A stretch of 64,000 bases of DNA from Longimicrobiales bacterium (GTDB lineage Bacteria; Gemmatimonadota; Gemmatimonadetes; Longimicrobiales; Gaopeijiaceae), in contig CBDANQ010000060.1 in the NCBI GenBank assembly GCA_965197725.1, positions 96,001 through 160,000 of the forward strand. The letters run 5' to 3'. The translations under genes and the position numbers were made by a program. The notes under the pieces were generated by a model, which made no database searches, was not told where the DNA came from, and was given only the letters and a program-made list of their open reading frames with translations. Positions 31,223 to 41,667 of the stretch are shown piece by piece; the stretch's first letter is position 1, and each line of letters starts with the position of its first letter.

Positions 31223-32074
31223 TCAGAACGGCCGCCTCTTCACCATGAAGTCCCAATAGGCCTTCACGTCTTCGACGCTCAGCAAATCCACGCCGGCATC
31301 CAGTAGTTGACTCCACACTGCCTCGGTGCGTTGCCTGCCGGGGGAGGGGATGTTCGAAAACCGAAGGCGGTAGCCTCCTCGGTGAGCCTCCTCGATTCTT
31401 TGCGCCAGCCGGCGAGAGTCACGCTCAGAGAGGTTTCCCAAACCGCGCCAGCTGAAATGGTCTTCCCAATCGTCGCTGATTACGGAAATGAAGTTTGCGG
31501 GAACACGCGCCGCCGAGTTCTCAATGTCCTCGAGGCGGCCATCATAGCTGGCGATTCGCACGGCCTCGCTCGTCATCAACCTGCGCGGCCGATTCCCCGA
31601 CACGATCACTGAGATCGCTCTCGTCTGAACCTGGGTCTCGGAGTAAGTAGTGAGCATGTCCGAATACTGCGCGAGTACGCCACGCAGTTCCTCGTACGTC
31701 GACCTCGCATCCGATTTGATGTCGATGAGGAGATCGAGCGAGTGTGCGCTCGCATAGACCCAGCCGTTGTGCGCTCGCACATGATCTCTAAGCGGATCCA
31801 GGTAGAGCGCCTGAAGCGTTTTGGTCGATTCCAGATCCTCCTCGTCGTGGCCGACCAGGAGCGCTCCCTCAACGAGGTGGATGTCCACTTCGATGCTGAT
31901 GAACCCGAGCGATAGAGCGTCCCACAACGGCGTTTGGCGCAGGTAGTCGTTGTGCGAATGGCCGGAGAGGATCGGCTCATTCGGGATCGCGACGGCGGTG
32001 CCCGGATCAACTTGCGCCCAAGCGCCGGTACCGCCGCAAACGAAGAGCGTCAGAAGGGTTAGCACATGCTTCAT
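31223..32074 (-). CDS. PLC-like / GDPD-superfamily phosphodiesterase (AIM6-like), secreted
   Basis: HSHNDY, GFISIEVDIHL, LYLDPL, LLIDIK; signal peptide MKHVL...AWA-Q. Confidence 0.8.
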   Translation of the reverse strand: MKHVLTLLTLFVCGGTGAWAQVDPGTAVAIPNEPILSGHSHNDYLRQTPLWDALSLGFISIEVDIHLVEGALLVGHDEEDLESTKTLQALYLDPLRDHVRAHNGWVYASAHSLDLLIDIKSDARSTYEELRGVLAQYSDMLTTYSETQVQTRAISVIVSGNRPRRLMTSEAVRIASYDGRLEDIENSAARVPANFISVISDDWEDHFSWRGLGNLSERDSRRLAQRIEEAHRGGYRLRFSNIPSPGRQRTEAVWSQLLDAGVDLLSVEDVKAYWDFMVKRRPF

Positions 32075-32079
32075 GTCAG

Positions 32080-33235
32080 TCAGCGCCGATTCAGGTTCAG
32101 GCCCGTCCCGAGCCCCAGGGTCGAGCGTGACGACAGCCCGAAGCTGAACTCCCTGCTCTGGGTGACCGTGGCCCACAGGCCCAGTGCTGCGAGGGGCCCG
32201 GGCAAGACGCCTGGATAGACGTTCACCCCGATGAAGTTATGTGCATCGTACCCCAGCACCATGCTCGCCAGCAGCGAGTCGTCCCGATCGAGGTAGAACG
32301 CCCCCGCGGGTCGCGGCTCGATGCTCTCCTGGCCGGTCTCAGGGTCGACGATACGGAGGTTGCCGTCGATTCCCCCTGCCACACCGAGGCTCAACCCGCT
32401 GTCGAAGCGGTAGGTGAGCCCGCCCAGCCCCTGCTGCCCGAGCGTTAGCAGCAATCGTGTCCGCTCGAGGAAGGGGAGGCGGACCTTGTACGCCAGGATC
32501 TGGCCCACGTTCTGTACCCGCGTCCCCGGAAGCGCCACCGCCGCCTGTGGGGACCAGTCGGTGGCGTGCAGCTCCTCCTTAAAAAAATCGCGCCAATCCA
32601 TCTATTCGGAAGAGGATGATGCCGAGTGGGTCGAAGATCAGCAGATCGGCCACTCCAGACCCGGACCCCGTCCCGTCCGGATGCTCGATGATCTCATTGA
32701 CCATCATGGTCCCCATCAAGTAGACGGCCGATGAGAGGGCGGGCATGGGAACTCCGTTGGCCACGAACCACTCCTCCAAGTACCGGGAAGTGATGCCGCC
32801 CCCGAGGATGTGGCCTCCGTAGTTCGCCGCCCACGCCCACTCCCACACCTTGGCCGTGGGAAGGAACTCCCGCTTCAACCAAGTACCCCAACCGCCCGCT
32901 CGGTCGATGGCTGTCCGCGGGTGAGTCAGCCCGTCGACGACGGCGCTGAAACCGTTTCCCCACTGGACTTCGCGGATGTCCCTGGGCTGGTCTCGAAAGT
33001 GGAGGAGTGAGAATCCCCGATTGAACAGGACGTTGAGGGGCCCCATGACCGAAACGCTGCCGAAATTCAGGTCCGGTCGGTAGAAGATTGGGCTCGGGCC
33101 GGAGGTCGAAGCGGCGGACGAGTCCGCCGACGCATCGCCCACTCGCGGAGCGTGCGCTTTCCCCCCCGGGATGAGGATCGGCAGCGCCGCGACCAGGACG
33201 GCGCGTCGAAGGAGGGTACGATTGGCGGTGGTCAT
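32080..33235 (-). pseudogene. Exported hypothetical protein split by a frameshift in a T7 run (32581-32587)
   Basis: DGLARFF continues as KEELHATDWSPQ if one T is removed. Confidence 0.7.
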
Positions 33236-33318
33236 AGCGCTTGCCCCATACGCCCCGCGGTGATCTACTACGAAACCCGAGACGGCCCGGACCTCAACTG
33301 AATGGAGGGGAATTGCCC

Positions 33319-33468
33319 GTGTCCAACACTGACCTCGACAAACTCGACATCGGTGATCCCACGCTCGAAGCGGACAATAGGCTGAGCGCCACGCTTATCA
33401 AGTATCTCCTGTGGATTGGGGGAGGTCTCTTCGCGATATGGATTGGGGCGATCGGGCTCTTCCTCTGA
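33319..33468 (+). CDS. Small 49-aa single-TM protein
   Basis: GGAGG RBS, GTG start, acidic N-terminus and hydrophobic C-terminus. Confidence 0.45.
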   Translation: MSNTDLDKLDIGDPTLEADNRLSATLIKYLLWIGGGLFAIWIGAIGLFL

Positions 33469-33638
33469 TCGGTGTAAGGTAGGTCGACCTCGTTCTCGAC
33501 ACGGGACCGGAGCGACGCGCGGGTGGTGCCCTGGAATCGGATGCTGGAACTCGACTGGACCTGACCCAGCCCCTTGGCGGGGGCGCGAGCCATGCACCAA
33601 CACCTTTCGAGGGCGCGCGTTCGCGCTCCGCCATCTTT

Positions 33639-34730
33639 TTAGCGCGAGCAGTCAGGCTGTGGCCGACCAATCTTGGTGAGGGCAATCTGGTACAACTGCT
33701 GGTAGCGCGCGCGCATTGCCCCCGCGACCGTGAGCAGGTAGAAACGCCACATCCTGCGGAAGCGTTCTCCATAGCTCGCCTCGAGCGTCGGCCAGGCTCG
33801 TTCGAAGTTCTCGTACCACGCCAGAAGGGTCCTGTCGTAGTCCGGGCCGAAGTTATGTACGTCTTCGACACTGAACAGCTCTTCCGCTGCCCTCGCCACC
33901 TGCGCCAGGGATGGAACCAGCGCGTTGGGAAATATGTATTTTCCGAACCAGGGGTCGATGGCTCTGGTGCTGCGGTTTCCAGCGATCGTGTGGAGGAGGG
34001 CGATTCCGTCGTCTCGTAGGCAACGATGAACGACCTCCATGAAGGCGCGGTGGTTCTTGTAGCCGACGTGTTCGAACATCCCTATGGAGACAACGGCATC
34101 GTAGGAACCGGTGGCCTCGCGGTAATCGGCAAGACGAATGTCTATGGGAAGCCCCTCGCATGCTTGTCTACCGAGCTGGACTTGGTCCCGAGAAACCGTG
34201 AAGCCGGTAACCTCGACACCGTAGCGCTCGGCCGCATACTTGGCGAAGCCGCCCCAGCCACAACCGATGTCGAGCACCTTCATTCCCGGCCGAAGACCGA
34301 CTTTTCGACAGACCAGGTCGAGCTTCGCGGTCTGCGCCTCTTCGAGGTCGTTCGCTTGACGCCAATACGCGCACGAATAGACCATTCGAGGGTCGAGCAT
34401 GGCCTGGTAGAGGTCGTTGCCCAGGTCGTAGTGCTGCTCACCGATCTCAAACGCCCGGTCTGTGGCCTGCAGGTTCAGCGTCTTGGCCCGCAACACGTGA
34501 AAAACGCTGCTCCAGTTGGCGCGGACCTTTTTGTCGATCTCGGCACGGATGAGTTTTACCGTCAGATCGTCTAGGGCGTCGCAATCCCACTGCCCGTCCA
34601 TATACGACTCGCCGAAGCCAAGCAAACCGTTGCTAAGGATACGGGTGTAGAGTCTCCTGTCGTGAACTTGCATGTCCTGAGGACGGGCACCGTCGACGCG
34701 GATATCCGCGTCTTCGAACAAGCGCACCAT
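33639..34730 (-). CDS. cfa: Cyclopropane fatty acyl phospholipid synthase
   Basis: GESYMDGQW, HYDLGNDLY, YSCAYW, VLDIGCGWG, SIGMFEHVG, KYIFP. Confidence 0.95.
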   Translation of the reverse strand: MVRLFEDADIRVDGARPQDMQVHDRRLYTRILSNGLLGFGESYMDGQWDCDALDDLTVKLIRAEIDKKVRANWSSVFHVLRAKTLNLQATDRAFEIGEQHYDLGNDLYQAMLDPRMVYSCAYWRQANDLEEAQTAKLDLVCRKVGLRPGMKVLDIGCGWGGFAKYAAERYGVEVTGFTVSRDQVQLGRQACEGLPIDIRLADYREATGSYDAVVSIGMFEHVGYKNHRAFMEVVHRCLRDDGIALLHTIAGNRSTRAIDPWFGKYIFPNALVPSLAQVARAAEELFSVEDVHNFGPDYDRTLLAWYENFERAWPTLEASYGERFRRMWRFYLLTVAGAMRARYQQLYQIALTKIGRPQPDCSR

Positions 34731-35018
34731 AATTCGTTCCGATTGCGCGTCCAGGGAACGCAGGAGAGCGTTGCGGGGGGGGGGCCGGCGATCGTGTCGC
34801 GTTCACTTGCATGGTTACTCATTCCGTTGGTCCGACCGGTCACGACTCGGCAAGAACGAGCAGAATTCGTACTGCGATCTCGATTGCGCCGCCAGTGGGA
34901 ATGCTTGCGCGAGCTGAGGCGCGCGCTCCCGAATTCGTGCGATTCGGCTGCGACTCCGCGTCCTAGTCGGGAAAGGGTCGCATTGCCGGCCCGACGCCCA
35001 AAAAGCGACGGAGGTCCC

Positions 35019-36899
35019 ATGCCCGCACTCATGCTCGTGATACTCAGCTTGGCCTCGATCCTCGGAGCGCACGCCTCGCCGAAGGCGGTGGCGCCGCTCG
35101 GCGGTGGGGTCGCGGTCTTCGTCACGGGCTCGGTCGTCGATGCGTCCTCGAACCAAGCGCTGGCGGGAGCACAGGTCTACGTCCCCGTCGCCTCGTCCGG
35201 AACTCTCACGAATTCCGGTGGCCGGTTCATGGTCTCGCTGGACGACGGCTACGTCGGCCAGGAGGTCGACGTGGTCGCGCAGCTCATCGGGTACGCGAGC
35301 CAGCGAATTACCATTCGGTTGACGGCAGGGGAGAACGCGCTCGACTTCCGGCTGCGGGCGGTGGCCGTGGAGCTCGACGAACTCGTGGTGGCCGCCGGGC
35401 GCGAGACGCGCACGTTGGCCCTTTCCGGCGGCCTCTCCCTGAGCGTAGCGTCTGACCGCGGACTGCCGCACGATACTGAGGCGTACGCCCACATCGAGGA
35501 GAGCGGATTCCGCCCGGTGGCTACGGCGCCGCTGTCCACCTTTTCTATCGATGTCGATCGGGCCTCCTACGCGAACGTGCGCCGGTTCATCCAAGACGGT
35601 CGGAGGCCTCCCCTCGATGCCGTCCGGATCGAGGAACTCGTCAACTACTTCCCCTACGGGGGCGCGGAGCCGCAAGGAGATGCGCCCTTCGCGGTGACGA
35701 CAGAAGTCACGCGGGCCCCCTGGGCACCGGATCATCACCTCGTGCGCATCGGTGTGCGGGCGCAGTCGATCCCAATGGATGATCTGTCCGCCAGCAACCT
35801 GGTCTTCCTGATCGACGTATCGGGTTCGATGTCCGCACAGGACAAGCTGCCTCTGCTGCGGCGTTCCTTCCGGCTGCTCGTGGATCAGCTGCGACCTCAG
35901 GACCGAGTGGCCATCGTCGTATACGCCGGCGCGGCCGGACTGGTGTTGCCGTCGACCCCCGGGTATCGGAAGCAGGAGATCGTGGCCGCGATCGACCGCC
36001 TGCGGGCCGGCGGCTCGACAGCTGGCGGCGCCGGGCTGCACCTCGCCTATCGGGTCGCTCAGGACAACTTCATCGAAGGCGGCAACAACCGTGTGATCCT
36101 CGCCACCGACGGCGACTTCAACGTCGGCCCCTCAAGCGACGGGGACATGGTGCGCCTCATCGAGGAGAAGCGCGAGCAGGGAGCCTTCCTCACAGTGCTC
36201 GGCTTCGGTCAGGGCAACTTGAAGGACTCCAAGATGGAGCAGCTCGCCGACCACGGGAACGGAAACTTCGAGTACATCGACTCCGAGCTCGAGGCGAAAA
36301 AGGTCCTGGTGAGCGAGATGTCCGGCACGCTCTTCACGATCGCCAAGGACGTGAAGATCCAGGTCGAGTTCAATCCGGCCCGGGTCGCGGAGTACCGCCT
36401 CATCGGGTACGAGAACCGTCTGCTGGCCGACGAAGACTTCAACGACGACACCAAAGACGCGGGGGAGCTCGGCGCCGGCCACACAGTGACCGCCCTCTAC
36501 GAACTTATGCCCACGAAGGCGGGGGTCGAGCGCGCACGCGTCGATCCGCTCCGCTTCCAGTCCTCAACGGCGACGGAGGCCGCCGATTCTCGGGAGTTGA
36601 TGTACGTGAAGCTCCGCTACAAGGAGCCGAACGGTGAGCAGAGCCGGCTCATGGAAGTGCCCGTATTCGCTGGGGACGAGGTCGATGTGGCCTCGCCCGA
36701 CCTACGCTTCGCCGCAGCGGTCGCGGCCTGGGGAATGATCCTCCGTGACTCCAGGTACACCGACGGGTTCGAGCTGTTAGAGGTACTCGATCTGGCCCGC
36801 GGAGCACTCGGTGAGGACGTGGGCGGCTACCGGGCCGAGTTCCTACGGTTGGTCGAACGCACGCGCGTCATGGAGCTGACGGCGAGCCGGCGCGACTGA
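35019..36899 (+). CDS. YfbK-like VWA protein with N-terminal carboxypeptidase-regulatory-like domain
   Basis: PLSTFSIDVD.ASY, VRIEELVNYF, DVSGSM (MIDAS), LATDGDFNVG, IAKDVKIQVEFNP, YRLIGYENR; GGAGG RBS. Confidence 0.9.
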   Translation: MPALMLVILSLASILGAHASPKAVAPLGGGVAVFVTGSVVDASSNQALAGAQVYVPVASSGTLTNSGGRFMVSLDDGYVGQEVDVVAQLIGYASQRITIRLTAGENALDFRLRAVAVELDELVVAAGRETRTLALSGGLSLSVASDRGLPHDTEAYAHIEESGFRPVATAPLSTFSIDVDRASYANVRRFIQDGRRPPLDAVRIEELVNYFPYGGAEPQGDAPFAVTTEVTRAPWAPDHHLVRIGVRAQSIPMDDLSASNLVFLIDVSGSMSAQDKLPLLRRSFRLLVDQLRPQDRVAIVVYAGAAGLVLPSTPGYRKQEIVAAIDRLRAGGSTAGGAGLHLAYRVAQDNFIEGGNNRVILATDGDFNVGPSSDGDMVRLIEEKREQGAFLTVLGFGQGNLKDSKMEQLADHGNGNFEYIDSELEAKKVLVSEMSGTLFTIAKDVKIQVEFNPARVAEYRLIGYENRLLADEDFNDDTKDAGELGAGHTVTALYELMPTKAGVERARVDPLRFQSSTATEAADSRELMYVKLRYKEPNGEQSRLMEVPVFAGDEVDVASPDLRFAAAVAAWGMILRDSRYTDGFELLEVLDLARGALGEDVGGYRAEFLRLVERTRVMELTASRRD

Positions 36900-36943
36900 C
36901 GCATCCCGTCATTCCGCTATATTTTGGGACTCCCGGAGGCTTC

Positions 36944-37114
36944 ATGAAACGAGTGATTCGCAAGGCGTCGAGCCACGACGATGCCCATCGCTGGGATATC
37001 GAACAGCAGCTGTCGATGACGCCGGAAGAGCGCTTGCGAGCAGCCCGTGCGATCAAGGACCGGGCATACCCCGACCAGGCAAAGGACGTGCGCGCTTGTC
37101 ATCGGTCCGGATAG
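36944..37114 (+). CDS. Small 56-aa protein (MTPEERL motif), not in the ORF track
   Basis: GGAGG RBS; MKRVIRKASSHDDAHRWDIEQQLSMTPEERLRAARAIKDRAYPDQAKDVRACHRSG; overlaps the nucleotidyltransferase start. Confidence 0.7.
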   Translation: MKRVIRKASSHDDAHRWDIEQQLSMTPEERLRAARAIKDRAYPDQAKDVRACHRSG

Positions 37115-37590
37115 ACGCGAGCCACTTTTCGCCCGACACGTCCGCGTTCATCGAGCTCCTCCACGCGCATCGGGTCCGATATCTCATCATCGGGGGGGAG
37201 GCGGCGATCTTCCACGGCCACGTACGGCTGACGGGCGACGTCGACTTCTTCTTCGACCGGGATGCCGGGAACGTGGAGCGTCTCTACGCCGCCATCGACG
37301 AGTTCTGGGAGGGAGACGTTCCCGGCCTCCTGGGGATGGAGGATCTCGAGCCCGACGGTATCATCATCCAGTTCGGGCTGCCGCCGAACCGGATCGACCT
37401 GATCAATGCGATCGCGGGGGTCGGATTCGACGAGGCGTGGGCAGGACGCGTGGATGCCGTTCTCGCGACCGTGGATGGTGGCGTGCCGCTCCCCTTTATC
37501 GGGCTGGAAGCACTCGTGAAGAACAAGCGAGCCGCCGGCCGAGCGAAAGACCTGGACGACCTGAGCTACCTGACGAGGAATCGGCGATAG
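37096..37590 (+). CDS. Pol-beta superfamily nucleotidyltransferase (DUF6036-like)
   Basis: YLIIGG.A...HG..R.T.DVD, RIDL, L..NK.A.GR.KDL.D. Confidence 0.82.
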   Translation: MSSVRIDASHFSPDTSAFIELLHAHRVRYLIIGGEAAIFHGHVRLTGDVDFFFDRDAGNVERLYAAIDEFWEGDVPGLLGMEDLEPDGIIIQFGLPPNRIDLINAIAGVGFDEAWAGRVDAVLATVDGGVPLPFIGLEALVKNKRAAGRAKDLDDLSYLTRNRR

Positions 37591-37648
37591 CGTAACGCCG
37601 GACGCACGACGACGCGCCACACCTTCGGGGAGAGCGTTATCAGGCCAT

Positions 37649-37975
37649 CTACTCGCCCAGCCGTTCCGTCAACGCCGCCTGCGCCCACTGGTTGATCGAT
37701 TGCCCGGATGCAGCCGCCGAAGCCTCGACCCGGCGGTGAGTATCCGGGTCAGTCCGTATGAAGATCGTTCCCGAGTAGGCGCGGTCGGGCTCGCGGCTGG
37801 CCTTTTCGCATGCCTTCAGGTATTCGTCGATCGCACGGTGGAACGAGGCCTCCAGTTCATCGACGCTGCGTCCTTCGAAGCCGATCGTGTCTCTCGTGCC
37901 GAGCACGTGGCCGTAGAAGAAGCGCGAGCCGTCATCATATTCTATTGCCGCGGGGTAGCCGCGGTACGTCATCAT
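37649..37975 (-). CDS. hicB: HicB family antitoxin
   Basis: MTYRGY.A.IEYD, FEGRSVDELE..F..AIDEYL, YSG, C-terminal RHH-like SINQW. Confidence 0.92.
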   Translation of the reverse strand: MMTYRGYPAAIEYDDGSRFFYGHVLGTRDTIGFEGRSVDELEASFHRAIDEYLKACEKASREPDRAYSGTIFIRTDPDTHRRVEASAAASGQSINQWAQAALTERLGE

Positions 37976-38127
37976 CGGTCGATCGCTCCCGCTTCCGTAA
38001 GGAAGTTTCTGAGCCTCTTCGCCAGGCCTCGTCCGATCTCCGGACTAGGGCGCGGCCGGTCGTAGATCAGCCACACGTCGTTCAGAACCGCACTGCCGCT
38101 AGCGTCTTGGCATGCCTACGCCCTCAT
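37972..38127 (-). pseudogene. hicA: HicA toxin remnant (internal deletion and frameshifts)
   Basis: RRHAKTLAAV N-terminal piece and LNDVWLIYDRPRPSPE...LRNFLTEAG C-terminal piece; stop overlaps the hicB start; HRPHP-like motif is degenerate. Confidence 0.7.
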
Positions 38128-38469
38128 AGTGTGCTAGCGAATAACTCTAGCGTAAACCTTCGTCTAGGGCTCCGTTCCATGGATTGAACGGTGACCACCC
38201 CCAGGGCGCTGCCATGATCCGATGGGCTAATCGCCCGTGGATGGCGCTCTCGCGATGGTCGGGGCGGTGGTCGAGGTGATCTACGAGGGGCAGATGCTGT
38301 TGAAGGGGGGGTATGGATGGGGAGACCTCGAGTCACGATTCCGGGACCGCGATCGTTCCTTCGGTGTCGAAACACACGGAACGGAGCCACCGGAGGAGAG
38401 AGATGCGAGACCGTAGTCGATGTGGAGCTTAGGCCTGCTCCTGCCATCCTCCTCCTGCTCACCGCGTGC

Positions 38470-39926
38470 GAAGCTGACCCAGCCGTAGTTGAAGGTCCCT
38501 GAAGAGGGAAAAGAAAAGTGGTGGCTCCGAGGGTGCCCGATCCGATAGGATCGGGTGCGCTAAAAACCCAAAAACGGAGCCACCACGATGAAGAGAACGT
38601 ACGAAGTAGCGAGTGACACGGACAGGCGTGCGATGGCTGAGTTCGTGAAGCGAGAAGGCCAGTTCCTGCTGCCGATGGTCGAGCTCGTAGAGCACACGGA
38701 GCTCGCGATCGACGAAGTCGTCCAGGTGATGGGCCGAGCGACGATCGAGGCGGTACTCGAGATGAGCGCCGAAGGTGTGGCGGGCCCGAAGCAATCGGGC
38801 AAGGCACGCGAGGAGGGGGCGACGGTCTGGTACGGCCGCCAGGGCGGTCAGGTCTACCTGTCGGACCGAAAGGTCCGTATCCAGCGGCCTCGGCTGCGTG
38901 AGCGGACTGGCGGCCAGGGCGGCGAGGTCGAGGTGCCAGCGTACGAGGCGATGCGCAGGCCGGGCGCCATGGCGGACCGAATGTTGGAGATCCTGATGGC
39001 AGGTGTGAGCACCCGGAAATACGGCCAGGTGATCGGCGAGATGGCCGACACGGTGGGGGTGAGCAAGTCGTCGGTGAGCCGCGAGACGATCGAAGCGTCG
39101 GAGCGCGTGCTGAAGGAGCTGATGGAGCGGCGGCTGGACGCATGGGATCTGTTGGTGATCTACCTGGACGGTATCCAACTCGGTGCGCACCATGTACTTG
39201 CGGCTGTGGGCGTGGACACGGACGGCAAGAAGCACGTGCTGGGGATGCGGCAGGGAGCGAGTGAGAACACCGAAGTGACGACGGCCCTGCTGCAGGATCT
39301 GGTCGAGCGGGGTCTGGACCCCGAGCGTCGACGCCTGTTCGTGATCGATGGCTCGAAGGCGTTACGGAAGGCGATTGTTCAGGTGTTCGGCGCGGGCCAC
39401 TCGGTCCAGAGATGCCGAAATCACAAGCTCAGAAACGTGCTCGCTCACCTACCGAAGGATCAGCACCCGCAGGTGAAGGCCGCGATCCGCGCAGCATGGA
39501 AGCTCGATGCGAGGGACGGCGTGCAGAAACTCGAGCAGCTCGCGCGGTGGCTTGAACGAGATCAGCCGTCGGCCGCAGCGAGCCTGAGGGAGGGGCTGGG
39601 TGAGATGTTCACAATCAACCGGCTTGGGCTACCGCCTCGGCTGAGGAAGTGCCTCGGCACCACGAACCTGATCGACAGCACCCACGCAGGCGTGAGGCAG
39701 AAGACCTATAGGGTGACGAACTGGAAGAACAGAGCGATGGCACTGAGATGGGCCGCTGCCTCCTTCGTCGAGACCGAGAAGAACTACCGACGCATCGTCG
39801 GCTTCGACCAACTCTGGATGCTCAAAGCTCACCTCGATGACCGCGAGCCGGTTGCCGAAATGAAGATGGCAGGTTAATCACGAAAGCCTCGGAGTCACCA
39901 CCTTCAACTGAGCCGGGGACACCTTC
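38470..39926 (+). mobile_element. IS256-family element, isoform B (1457 bp)
   Basis: Ends GAAGCTGACCCAGCCGTAGTTGAAGG / CCTTCAACTGAGCCGGGGACACCTTC; 8-bp duplication CCGCGTGC at 38462-38469 and 39927-39934. Confidence 0.95.
38588..39877 (+). CDS. IS256 family transposase (isoform B)
   Basis: 429 aa, colinear with the isoform A transposase but with many substitutions. Confidence 0.95.
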   Translation: MKRTYEVASDTDRRAMAEFVKREGQFLLPMVELVEHTELAIDEVVQVMGRATIEAVLEMSAEGVAGPKQSGKAREEGATVWYGRQGGQVYLSDRKVRIQRPRLRERTGGQGGEVEVPAYEAMRRPGAMADRMLEILMAGVSTRKYGQVIGEMADTVGVSKSSVSRETIEASERVLKELMERRLDAWDLLVIYLDGIQLGAHHVLAAVGVDTDGKKHVLGMRQGASENTEVTTALLQDLVERGLDPERRRLFVIDGSKALRKAIVQVFGAGHSVQRCRNHKLRNVLAHLPKDQHPQVKAAIRAAWKLDARDGVQKLEQLARWLERDQPSAAASLREGLGEMFTINRLGLPPRLRKCLGTTNLIDSTHAGVRQKTYRVTNWKNRAMALRWAAASFVETEKNYRRIVGFDQLWMLKAHLDDREPVAEMKMAG

Positions 39927-40343
39927 CCGCGTGCGGCTCGGCCGACCTACTCGGACCCGACGCCCCCCAGGGTATCGATGGGATCGTCCTCTTGGGACCG
40001 CAGTGTCCGGTACAAAGGCCCGGAAACGCCTGTCCTGACCTCCCTCACCAGGCGTGGATCGACGTTCGCCGCTCTATCGGCGGGTCCGTCACGTGCATCC
40101 GGTCAGGGGAAGACGGGCGATTCCGCGTCGGCCTGCGGCCCGGTAGGTACGTTCTCGATCCGGAGTCGGGGAACCCGTTTCCGACCGCGAGCGAGCAGGA
40201 AGTGGACGTCGAGGACGGTGTGTATGCGGAGGTGATCGTCAGCTTCGACACGGGAATCCGGTAGGGGAGGCGGAGGTGGCGGCGGCCCCCGGCGCGTTCG
40301 TCGATTCCGCCTTCAGCGGCGGGAACGAGCTCGGTCCGATGTC

Positions 40344-41573
40344 CTAGAGAACACTGCTCAACGGCACCGCGAGGACCCGTTCCGTAAGCCAATACGTGTC
40401 GGATCCCGTGTAAATTAGAATCCCTGCCGACGCCTTGTCGGCGTACTCGTCGAGAAAGGTGCTCAGGTGACGCGCATCGTCTGTCCGGACGCTAGCCGCT
40501 GCCTTCACCTCGATGGGTAGCAGGCCGGTCGGCGTCTCGATTACGAGGTCGACCTCGGCGCCCTTGCTGGTGCGCCAAAACAGGATGTTGGGTCGTTTTG
40601 CCCTGGTCTCACGCCAGGTGAAGAGATCGTTCACCAAGAGATTCTCCAGGTGAGCGCCGCGAGGTCGACGCTCCGCGCTGAGATGCAGGGCCAGACCGGT
40701 ATCACTCCAGTAGAGCTTTGGACTCTTCACCAGGCGCTTGGTCCGGTTCACCGAGTAAGATTCAACCGGTAGCAGCTGATAGGACGCCTCGAGGAGATGC
40801 AGGTACCTCTGCGCCGTCGTGGGCGGTAGCCCGACATCTCTCGCCAGATCGGCCTGATTCATCACATTCCCGACACGCAGGGCCGCCGCCCGCGTGAGCC
40901 GCTGGAACCCCACGAGGTTGTCGATGGAGGCCAACTGCCGCAGATCTCGCTCCAGGTACGTCCGTAGGTATCCCTCAAACCATGCTGTGCGCGCTTCTTC
41001 GGACGTCAGGGTCAAGGCGGGGTCCGGGTAGCCTCCTCGCAGGGCTAGGTCCATCCACGAGGTGGCGCCCGGGCTGTCGACTGACTCGAGCGGGCTCACC
41101 CACTGCTCGGTGGGTTGGTCTACCAACGTATCCCACGTACCTGCCGCGCCTCCGCCGGCGACCTCGTTGTGCGTCATGGGCCACAGCGTCACGTACACGG
41201 CTCGACCTGCCAGCGTCTCTGAGACGCCCTTCAATAGCTCCAGGTTGGCCGAGCCCGTAAGTAGGAACTGTCCAGGTATCCGCTCGGCGTCCACGGCTCG
41301 CTTGATGGCGAGAAGGAGATCTGGAGCACGCTGCACTTCATCGAGGGTGAGACGTGGGCCGCGCGAGACGAGTTGGTCAGGAGCGCGCTGGGCTTGATCC
41401 AGAACGCTCAGGTCATCGAGGGTCAGGTAGAGCCGATCTGACCCGCCGAGCTCTTTCGCAAGCGTGCTCTTTCCGGTCTGCCTTGCGCCAGTGACCACAA
41501 CGACCGGAAACGTCGCCAACCGCGCCTGCAGGACGGAGTGCACCGCCCGCCGCACATACGGGGGCCGGGTCAT
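40344..41573 (-). CDS. AAA_14 ATPase with DUF4143 / PD-(D/E)xK-like C-terminus
   Basis: GARQTGKST, LDEVQ, LTGSA, GGYP, KSPKLY..DTG, EVDLV, IEVK. Confidence 0.9.
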   Translation of the reverse strand: MTRPPYVRRAVHSVLQARLATFPVVVVTGARQTGKSTLAKELGGSDRLYLTLDDLSVLDQAQRAPDQLVSRGPRLTLDEVQRAPDLLLAIKRAVDAERIPGQFLLTGSANLELLKGVSETLAGRAVYVTLWPMTHNEVAGGGAAGTWDTLVDQPTEQWVSPLESVDSPGATSWMDLALRGGYPDPALTLTSEEARTAWFEGYLRTYLERDLRQLASIDNLVGFQRLTRAAALRVGNVMNQADLARDVGLPPTTAQRYLHLLEASYQLLPVESYSVNRTKRLVKSPKLYWSDTGLALHLSAERRPRGAHLENLLVNDLFTWRETRAKRPNILFWRTSKGAEVDLVIETPTGLLPIEVKAAASVRTDDARHLSTFLDEYADKASAGILIYTGSDTYWLTERVLAVPLSSVL

Positions 41574-41667
41574 TTATCATCCATTGTGTGGGTGATATAC
41601 ACCCATATAATGGGGGATTTGGAAGTGGGGTGCAAGCACCATGGCAGCCGTGCCGTCCTGGAGATTA

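Larger units (their letters stand above)
38422..40264 (+). pseudogene. Lipoprotein gene interrupted by IS256-B right after its lipobox Cys codon
   Basis: Removing the IS and one target copy gives ...AILLLLTAC-GSADLLGPDAPQGIDGIVLLGPQCPV...CPD...FDTGIR in a single frame. Confidence 0.85.

Noticed and set aside
34662..35018. N-terminal extension of the VWA ORF, and long antisense ORFs across the window
   Set aside because: They overlap well-supported genes and are expected shadow frames in high-GC DNA.
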